64,000 bases of DNA from the NCBI RefSeq assembly GCF_009914755.1, contig NC_060930.1; one strand, written 5' to 3'. Positions within the stretch are counted from its first letter, which is position 1; each line of letters starts with the position of its first letter. The position numbers and the translations under genes are program-made. This stretch comes from the human T2T-CHM13v2.0 reference genome, Homo sapiens. Under the pieces are notes generated by a model. The model was not told the DNA's origin. It made no database searches and was given only the letters and a program-made list of their open reading frames with translations. Of this stretch, positions 46,861-64,000 are shown piece by piece.

Positions 46861-47369
46861 ATATAGGTTCGCAGATGAAAAAAATGTATATTAAGCATGT
46901 TAGAAACTCTTCCTTTAGTCTAATGACAAGGTTCTACAGACTGCTATGCTGTAATGTGTAAGAGTAATGAAAAGCTATTTTGGTGTTTTGATGACTCCCA
47001 AGGATTGGATATATCAGCCAAGGGGTAGTCAGTAGATCTTTAAAGTAACTTAAGTAATTATATCAACTACATAAACACCTTGTAAAATCATTTTTCAAAG
47101 TTAATAAAGAAGTTCTGCTTTCTATTTGGAAGTTTTAAATAGCTAAAGGCAATGTCATAAATACAGAAGTTAAATCTATATTTTGTAAAAAGTAAAAAAG
47201 CTAAAAGCTTTGTGGCTTTTATTGACTATTTCTACTCACTAGGGGAAGAGAAGTTAAAAATTATGTAGAAAGTGTCAATACCTTTATTAAAGATTTGCAA
47301 CATGTCAGCAATTTTGGCTTTATGTCATTGAATCTTCACAAAAATCCTCTTCTATATGAAGAAATAAAA

Positions 47370-47622
47370 GTTTAAAGTAGATACCACACTCCAGTGCCCA
47401 CAGGCTGAACCCAGCCAAAGAGGTATTGTTTTAAATATTTTAATTACTTGCCAATATTTAAAAACTAGGGCATTGAAGACAGAAATGCATATATCTATCT
47501 ACTCTTGAAAGATTTAACATTGAGCATGAAAAAAATACTTCAGATCACCAAATCCTTGACCTGCCAACTTCACTCATTTCACTTTTAACAAATCACGTAG
47601 GTATTTAAGTTTATGATCCCTG
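47370..47622. mobile_element. hAT-Charlie MITE (MER102-like)
   Basis: TTGCCAATATTTAAAAA, CTCTTGAAAGAT, CCTGCCAACTTCACTCATTT, GTATTTAAGTTTATGATCCCTG. Confidence 0.55.
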
Positions 47623-48253
47623 GCTTAATTTATGGTCCAAGGTTATATTGGTAGGAAGTGAGTGACAAGGTTGAAATATTAAGCCACATCTGCTTCTGTT
47701 GAAGGTTGATGCTCTCGTTTACAGGTTTCTGTAAGTTCATAATGTATAGAGAAGATTTACATTGAAATTTTCCATAAGTTATTCTTATCTCTCTGCTGTC
47801 TTTTATGAATCACTGTTGTATGCAACATTTTCCTAAATACCAAATATTTTATCTCAACCATCTTGATTTTCAGCTGAATTATTCACTTTTCCCATATATT
47901 GTGTATAAACTCAAGTCAAAATAAAAGTGGAAAATCATAAGTTAATATCAATATTTTTCTACATCATTTAGGTATGTCATAATAATTCTAAGAAATGCTC
48001 AGGTAACACTGAAAAGCCTTTTTCAATTTCAGTGAAAATTGCAAATAATCTTTGCACACAGATTTCCCTCTTATATCAGTATAATGAACCAAATCCTTAT
48101 AGTGCTTAAAATTTGGGTTAAAATTGACTTCATTTGCTGGGTCTTCCCCAAGCACCTTTAAGATTTAAGAGAACTTCCAAAGACACCCACAGATAATATC
48201 TAAGTAACTGACATCATAGAGGAATGACATAACATGTATATATTTAACACTGA

Positions 48254-48694
<441 letters not shown>

Positions 48695-49429
48695 AAGGGT
48701 ATGATTTTCATACAATCATAGGTACAGAGATATGCCCTTCAGCTTAAAGAGGGTAGCTTTGTCAAGATGGGAAGCTTAAAGAAATGCACATCAAATAACC
48801 TATTAACTGCATTATTACTGAAGCACTTTCAAAGAAGTGACCTCATTATGAGCCACAGCATTTTTTTTAAGACATCTGCAAACAAAGTTGTTTTGGCTAC
48901 TATTTAAATATAGATGATCCAAGAAAACAAATGAAAAAGTTACTTTGTTTGGCATTAAGTGTTCTATAACCCCTATGAGCACACTGTTATTAAAATAAAC
49001 CCCAGATGGCTGGCTTTGCATTTTTGTATGTTTATGGTGGCAAACATATATCATCTTGTACTTCAATATATTAAAACCATCTTATTGCTAAGAAAAGCTA
49101 CTAGTTTACAAAACAAATAAAATATAATCAAATAACATTGTCATGAAAAGTAATCAAAAAAATAATTACTCTTGACTTCACTGAGAGGCAAACCTCACCA
49201 TGTTGAAATATAATTGTATGAAGTAAGTAGTAATATTGCCCTCTTAAATATGTTTTAGAAAATCAAAGGTTGGGGTTTAGTAAAATATCTCCATAGTAAA
49301 ATTATGTTAACATTTTAAAAATTATTTCAGGAAACAATGTAAGACCAGAAATTTTTAATATACTCCATCATAAAACTTTTACTTTAAGAAGATTTCACCA
49401 AAATTTCATTAGTCTCATCCAACAAAGTT

Positions 49430-50185
49430 AAAACATCACTAATTATCAGAGAAATCGAAATTAAAATTAAACCACAATAAGACATCATCTTACATCAGTC
49501 AGAATGGCTACTATTAGCAAGTCAAAAACAATAGATGTTGGCAGGGATGTGGAGAAAAGGAAACACTCATACAATTGGTGGGAATGTAAATTAGTTCAAC
49601 CTCTGTGGAAAACAATATGATGCAATCTCACTACTGAGTATATACCTAAAGGAAAAGAAATCATTATTTTAAAAAAGACACCTGCACTTATATGTTCATC
49701 ACAGCAATATTCATATGGCAAAGTCATGGAACCAACTTAAGTGTCCATCAGTGATTGACTGGATAAAGAAAATGTGGTACATTTATAGCATTGAATGCTG
49801 TGGTATATTCCCTGCTGCGTATGTACCACATTTAAAAAACTATAAAAAAGAATAAATAATATCCTTTGCAGCAACATGGAAGCATCCAGAGGCCATTATC
49901 CTAAGTGAACTAACTCAGAAATAGAAAATCAAATACTGTATGTTCTTACTTATAACTGGGAGCTAAACAATGGGTACACATGGATGTAAAGTTGTAAATA
50001 AAAGACACTGTTTAGTCCAAAAGCAGGGAGGGTAAAAGATGGGGTGAGAGTTGAAAAACTATCCATCAGGTACAATGTTTACTATTTGGGTAATGAGTAC
50101 ACTAGAAGCCCAATCCCTACAATATACTCATGTAACAAACATACACATATACCCATTGAATCTAAAATAAAGTTTTATTTTAAAA
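49430..50185 (+). mobile_element. L1PB/L1MA 3' end
   Basis: CAGTCAGAATGGCTA, AAAAAGACACCTGCACT, TTTGCAGCAACATGGA, CACTAGAAGCCCAA, CCCATTGAATCTAAAATAAA. Confidence 0.9.
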
Positions 50186-50424
50186 AATGTATGGATTTTT
50201 TAAAATAATATTTTGAATAAGATCACATCAATTAGAGGTGAATGTACCCTAAATCTTTCTGAATGCTCTACACATCCAGAATCATGAGTGTCTTCATAAC
50301 TAATGTAGAAGCTTCTTTAATTTCCTGACCCTTTATTTCCTGTATGTGGCCCTTCACCTGCATATTTTTCAACAGAGTCTACCTATAGTAATGAAAAGTT
50401 GTATTAAAAAAATGACCTGAGATA

Positions 50425-55030
<4,606 letters not shown>

Positions 55031-55111
55031 TATATATATGTATATAATACTGAACAAATAAACAAGAAATAAAGAATTTTGAATACTGGTCATATTCTTA
55101 GATCACAGTAT

Positions 55112-56904
55112 TGTCATAGGATCCTTCAGGTGTTGCTTTGCTGTCCAGAAACCTCTGTGACCAGCAGCACCTTGTTCCATCCATTCAGCCCAGTAAGCTG
55201 TGCTCAGCTCATGCTACTGGCCCAGATCCCACACTTGCCAAGGGTGAGCCAGGTGTGGAGTGGAGAAGGGTGTATGAGTGAGTGAGTGTGGGGTCTGGCC
55301 ACTGCACACAGTCAGGCATGCCGGCTGCTGCAGTGGGGCAGACAGCTCCCAATGCCAGCACAGGTACTGGCTCTGTGGGAGCCTGCAGCTGGACCAGACA
55401 TACTACAAGCAGCTTCCACTGCAGGCACCAGCGTCTGGACAAGAGAAATGTGATGGTGTCCAAAAGCTTAGAGACGCCAAGAAGAACAGAACCCAAAGAG
55501 GGTATTATAGTGTATCACAGCCCTGGCTTGGGGACCCCACGTCTGTGGGGCCCCAGGTCTGGCTTGGGGACCCCAGAGGTCTGGGCTCCCAGAAAGGCAG
55601 CAGCTTTTCTCTCCTTCTTGTCTCCTGCAGCATGGTGAGCTGGGGCAGGGAGGTATGTTTCATAGGGGCATGTTTCAGCCAGTTTGTGTTACAGCTCCTT
55701 CAGTCCCGCCACCTTGCTCTGGCCTGTGGCTCCTGGGCTGGCCCATCCCTGCCACTACTTCCTGTCATAGGATGCAGCCACCTGGCACCAGTGGATGGTA
55801 GGAAGGCTATAGTGTTACAGCAGCTCTGGCTCCAGGAATCTCTAGGTCTAGGTCCCCAGAAGGGTCAGTACTCTTCACTCCTGCAATCTGGGAGCATGTC
55901 ACTGCCCACAGTTTGGCAAGCCAGCCAAGAACCTGTTATAATTCTTTTAACTCCTGTTGTTCAGTAGGTCCTGAGTTCTTCTCTTGTGTCCAGGAAGAAT
56001 GAGGTTATGTGAACAACTGGAAGGTAAGCAAGGTGGAAAGGAGCTTTTTTGAGCAACAGAACAGCTCTCAGCAGAGACGGCAGTTCCTATTCACAAGCAG
56101 GTCATCCTGACAAGTTTCTGAGTCTGGCTGAGTCTGGGGTTTTTATGGGCTCAGAAGGAAGTGTGTGCTGATCGATCTATGGGTGGCCATCAGTGGGCCT
56201 GGAAAAAGCACTCTCCAACTGGTTGAAAAACATCAAGGAAGTACTCACTCCAGGTTGCAAACTCCATCTGGAAATGGCAACCCAGCCCAGCCCCCAGGCT
56301 TTAGGCCATGCCTGTTTTGAAGGTGAGGCTTCGCTGGGGACCCCCCTCTTCCCATCTAAGCATCTGCCTGCCTCCTGCTGCCATCAACATGCCATCTATA
56401 ACACCGGTGCTGTCCCTGCCAAGGGGCACCTGTGGGTCCACGCCAAGCCTCCCTCCCATGCTCATTGGTGCCTAAAGTCTGGAAGGGGCTGAGGCAGCAG
56501 GGGGCCAGCATGTCAGTGCCACCCCAAGTGCATGCACTCCTGGCTAGGTTGCAACTGCACCTGGGCTCAGCTACAACTTTGCTCGCACCAGAGCAGGTGC
56601 TGGGATCAAGGAGAGGCCAGGAAACAAGAATAGACACTCTCAAGCCTGCAGGGGCAGGGGGCTTCCTGGGGCCCCAAGAGCACAGGGATGCCCAGGTCTG
56701 GAGCCATGGCTGGCCAGCTGCAGCTGCGCCCAGGAGGGCAAACTCCCAGCCTATCAAGTCAACTTAGTAGGGTGCAAGGCTTCCACTGGGATCACCTGTT
56801 CCTGGCCCCCAATAGCTCCGCAGAGCATGAAGCCCTGCCACGCCTCCCCAACTGCAGCTGGTGTCCTCACAGCAGCTGATCCAGACAGGCCACCACTGCC
56901 ATCA
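55112..56904 (-). mobile_element. MER52A-like ERV1 solo LTR (about 1.8 kb, GC-rich)
   Basis: TG...CA termini; minus strand starts TGATGGCAGTGGTGGCCTGTCTGGA; plus strand starts TGTCATAGGATCCTT...AGAAACCTCTGTG. Confidence 0.88.
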
Positions 56905-57229
56905 AGATGAAAATGTGCCCAAAGGATCTCATTGATGATTTCTAAAAACTAAGGGAAGAAATCAATGTCCCCTATTTACTACCCATGAATAATTTTTAAA
57001 CTGCTACATCTATAAAAAATCTAAGAATCTGGAAAACGTGCATGGCCATCTTAGAGATAATAATAATTTTGTCTAAAACATTTGAATGTCTGTGACTCTG
57101 AATTAACACAAACAAGAGTGAGATGGCTTTCCTTTTACTTTTTTAGGTAAGTCTAAAAGTAGTCTGAGAGCAATTGAAGGTCTTGGGTATTAAAATGGAG
57201 AAGACAGGTTAGACTGCCAATTCAGCAAT

Positions 57230-57500
57230 GAACAAAACCAATATGTGGTTTTAATTACAGTTGTCAGGGGAGGAAAATAATAACATGTCAGCAAATTAAA
57301 AAAGAAAATTCTATATATTGATAAGTTAGGTGGTAAGAAATGAAAGTGAATGATGTGTTAAAGACAATCTAGGAGATTCTTCAAGATGAGATGTTATAAA
57401 CAGCCTCCCTGAGGAGGAAATTTTTGAGATGAAACATAAATAAGAAGAAATGCCTCCTATTGAAGATGAGGAGGCAGAATGTTCCAGGTAGAGGAAATAT
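57230..57500 (-). mobile_element. L2 fragment
   Basis: CCTCCCTGAGGAGGAAATTTTTGAGATGAAACATAAA...AGAATGTTCCAGGTAGAGGAAA. Confidence 0.6.
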
Positions 57501-59410
57501 GCATTTTATCAGACATATATGAAGATTAAAGGAAATAGTACAAAGGGATTAATACAGTGGCTGGATATATAGAAAGCACTCTACAACCAGTAACTAATCA
57601 AAGGAAAATATTTGCTTATCAATGATCCTCATAATATACATAATTCCTATATGCCACATCTTTGAACATGAAAGTAGGCATATATTTGCATCCATGAAGC
57701 TCATCTCTTTGTGACTGATTATTATGGAATGTGGCATATCATATTAATTAATTAATTAATTCTGCCTCTTCATCCCAGATAACAATGTATGGGTAGTGGA
57801 GGGAAATTCACATTACTGGAATAGCAAAGATAGAACAGGCCAAGAGAAAATGAAACATCAGGAAAGGAAAAAAAGGAAATGGTTTTAGATTAGGAAAGAA
57901 AGAAGGAAGATGGTTTTATGAGTTGTGGTCAAAAGTGAACCCATGAGGCAGAATCCAAGCTATGTTCATCCACTTACCACTACCTCATTCTATATGAAAA
58001 GAAGAAAGAAAGACAAAGGGATGTGTGTGTGCGGCGGGGGGCAGCAGCTAAAATGGTGGAATATTTTTCGTATATTATCTTATTTATCCCTCACTCCAGT
58101 CTTATTGAAACTACTTGTATCTCCACTTAAAAACTTAGCTTACATAACTATCTGAGTTTAAACAATTCATTTTCCTAACGTGTAACTAGAATTGGCTAGA
58201 CAATCTTGAAGCATTCCGTATAGTTCTAAAAGCTCATGATTCTGATGATAGAAAAAGTTATCCATGTAAGCAATGATAATGGATATGAAGTTTCTAAAAA
58301 AAATGGTTATATGACCTATCAGTCTTCATAAAGAGGGGCTTCCAGAATATTTAGCTGGAAACTACAGTCCTAGAAACATGAAACTCAGTTTCTTGAGAAA
58401 TGGATGAGGAATAAAATATTCAGACTGGGAAGGCCTGGAAAAAGGCCTTCAGAGATTTTGGTGAAAATCTGAATAGCCATCCAAACTAATCAAGTTTTTT
58501 CCAAACCAAATATTCAGGCCTTTTGAAGTTTGCCAGTTACTAATCAAAACCCCACTAAACACTTAGTATCTCAGACAGTTTTAAATAACATCAAACCAAC
58601 TGTCATGTAATATAATGAGTAAAGTCAAATCTGGATTTTGTGTTAAGCTACACAGACACACCAAAACTTGTCTGTGGTTGCATGGGCCAAGTTAAAAAAA
58701 ATCAAGATAATTTTAATTACTTAAGTTGTATCACTCTTAAATCATTCCACTTATTTTTTTAAAGGGGCTAAGAAAATCAACTTTCCATAAAAACAGAATT
58801 ATTAATAATAACTATTTGGAAAATGAATAGTTAAAGACTTCAATTATTGTTTAATACTGTTGCAAACACATTGTAATAACTTAAGATTTACTAATGATTA
58901 AATGGAAGGCTTAATTGTCCAAGGTTATGATTTATAGGGCTGGGTAGGCAAAATTTAAATTTGTAAATTAATACTTCTACTTTTATATTAATATATTTCA
59001 TTCTCTCTTAAAATAGATTATAAAAATATTTTATTGTAACAGAACTGTGATATCAATCAGCTTTCTGTGACCATAGTATAATTCTTCTTATGGTTAATTT
59101 TCTTTAAAGCATTATTCAAAAATCCCAACTAAATGATGAAAGTATTTCAATATAATCTTCATATATTTTATTGATTTAATTTGACATGAAATAAATGTAT
59201 TACCACAAAATGCTACTACTGTCATTTTTTTTCACTTTTAATCAACTCATTTCTTTGCTTAAAACAAAATTAATGAAATATCAAAATGGAAAAGCATTCT
59301 GTTTTACTGAAGGAACAAAATTTAGTCTTACTGAAACACAGGTTTTCTGGTTTCCCAATATAAGTTCCATATGTACTTATGTTAAAGTGAGAAAAAAAAT
59401 AAAAAGTTAC

Positions 59411-59444
59411 GTGTGTGTGTATGTGTGTGTGAGTGTATGTGTGT
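59411..59444. repeat. Imperfect (TG)n
   Basis: Interrupted TG run. Confidence 0.9.
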
Positions 59445-59829
59445 TTGTCTAAACTTACCTAGAAAGGTAAAGGAAAGAGCACTGGGAGTTCTAAGATCGT
59501 CATCGTGTTGCTGCCTTCCTCTCCCTCAAGGGTCACCCATTGGGGCACGAAGGACAGCACAACCAAGAGGCCACTTCTAAGAAGCCTCCAGTCACTTGCT
59601 GTCATGCTTTTCTATCTGAGTTCTCTACATAGTGCTTATTTAATATTATCTTGCTTATTTAATTATTTCTTCTTTGTTAGTTGGTTGCTTTTCATCTACT
59701 CCCACTACACAATATAAGTTTCATGGCGGCAATCATCCTATTTCTCTTCTTCAGTATATATCCTCAATGGTTGGCAACTTATCAGCCTTTAATTTGGTAA
59801 TGAGTGAATGCACTACATACCACCAGCAA

Positions 59830-61440
59830 AACTGAAAAGCATACAACTTCCAAATATGTAAGAAGCAAAGGAAAACAGCTAAAACAAAAAAATGGTAAAA
59901 ATAAAATGAGATCAGAAGAAATACAAGTATTTCCAGCTCTTTCAATAAATAGATAGAATAACAGATAATCCAACTAGTTTTTTAAAGCAGCTTTTTGTTG
60001 TTTTCAAACACTATACCCTAAACAGTGACAAAGAAAGATTGAAAATAAAGGAATGAAAGAATGCAAACAAAATCACAATTATACAGTAAATATTAGATAT
60101 CAATAGTGAGATAATTAATATTAAAGTGAAATTTAATGCTAATGCATAGAAATAGGGAGACATTATAACATAAAACATCATTAAGAATATAATTGGTCAA
60201 TTAATCAATTTAACTGATTCAAAATATAGACAGTCCCCAACTTACAGGGGTTCAACTTGAGAGTTTTCAGCTTTATGATGATGCGAAAATGATTCACATT
60301 CATTAGATACTATGACTGGAGTTTTGAATTTTGATCGTTTCCTGGACTAGCAATATGCGGTATGACACTCTCTCAAGATGCTGGGCAGCTCCACGAGGCA
60401 CAGCTGCCAGTCAGACACACAATAATGAGGGTAAACAACCGATATTCTACACTGTTACTGTGTTGCTAGACAGTTTTGCCAACTGTAAGCTAGGTGTTCT
60501 GAGCAAGTTTAGGATAGGCTAGACTGAGCTATGACATTCAATAGGTTAAGCATATTTTTGACTTAATGTTATGTTCAATTTACCATGGGTTTATGGGGAT
60601 GTAACCCCACCATAAGTTATGGAGCATTTATATTTTATAGGTATATGTATATATTTTGTTCGCACATATAAGCATTAAAAGCAGAGAACATACATTCTTA
60701 TGTTCATAGAACTTAAAAACATGCATTATCTTTATAACAGGTCACAATCTTAAAATTCTAAAAATTTTTAAATGGAGATATTTCATAGGTCTTATTCTTT
60801 AAACATACTCTAATAAAATTTTATATAAAAAATACAAAATATATAAATTGAAAAATTTCTGACTTAGAAAAACAGAAATTACAAACTATCCAGAAAATAA
60901 TTTAAAGCCTCACACTAAATGTGTGGGATGCTGCTCAAATAAGGCTCAGATAAAGATTTATAGCTGAAATGAATTTATTATCAAATAAAAATAACAAATA
61001 TTTAGGAAAAAAGTAAAAATAACATAATAAACCAAAATACAAAAAGATAATAGCATTAATGAAAGAAAAAAGGAAGTTGAAAGAGACAGAAAAGAGGTAG
61101 AAAGAATAAACAAAACAAAATTACTTAAGAAAAAGTAGACCAAGCTAAAAATCACAGAAGAGATTGGAAATACAAAGGCCTAGTATACATTTTTTATCAG
61201 TGTAGTTTTTATAGCTGTATTTTATTCCAACTTTAAAGAACAAATACTTTATAATTATCATCACTTTTCTATCATATAGAAAAGAAAAATTCTCTAGTCT
61301 ATTATAGCAAGCATATTTTGATTCCAAAATTGAATTAAATATAGACCAAAAGGAAAGAAGAGGAAGAGAAGAAACAAAAAGAGAGGAACCAGGGAATGTA
61401 CGAAAGAAGGGAGGGAAGTATTGGCATAAATATAGACATT
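59830..61440 (+). mobile_element. Very old L1ME-like ORF2 remnant
   Basis: A-rich; AGCAGAGAACATACATTCTT, AAATGTGTGGGATGCTGCTCAA, GATTCCAAAATT. Confidence 0.55.
60227..60630 (-). mobile_element. MER47B/Tigger5-family DNA element
   Basis: GACAGTCCCCAACTTAC...GTGTTCTGAGCAAGTTTAGG...TAGGCTAG...GGGTTTATGGGGATGTAACCCCACCATAAGT. Confidence 0.85.
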
Positions 61441-61472
61441 ACTATATCTAAAAAAAAAAAAAAAAAAAAAAT

Positions 61473-64000
<2,528 letters not shown>

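Noticed and set aside
55209-56879. 229-aa and other ORFs in the GC-rich block
   Set aside because: Inside the MER52A LTR; no gag/pol/env motifs
58429-58470. Two adjacent 7-bp hairpins
   Set aside because: Stems this short are expected by chance in 64 kb

Overview
AT-rich human genomic DNA (a human-specific AluYb8 is present) with no CpG island and no intact cellular protein-coding ORF. Roughly half is transposable element: Alus/FLAMs, a 3.9-kb 5'-truncated L1PA, several old L1M/L1PB pieces, L2/MIR, MaLR and MER52-group LTRs, and Tigger, MER33, MER58 and MADE1 DNA elements. It also holds a U1 snRNA retropseudogene. Nearly all listed ORFs are repeat-derived or chance. The main lead is a set of exon-like segments on the minus strand (about 48.9-47.8, 26.0, 21.5, 15.8, 15.1 and 14.9 kb) with plausible splice sites and partly compatible reading frames. 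They suggest a long minus-strand spliced gene, lncRNA or decayed pseudogene that I cannot name, and pseudo-exons are common in such DNA, so this needs RNA or comparative evidence. Other observations: the antisense U1 copy supplies a perfect 5' splice site, several fold-back (self-templated) inverted duplications occur inside repeats, one Alu lacks both tail and TSD, another has a duplicated 3' end, and two MADE1 hairpins show arm-symmetric changes. Repeat subfamily calls are from memory of consensus sequences; boundaries of old elements are approximate.
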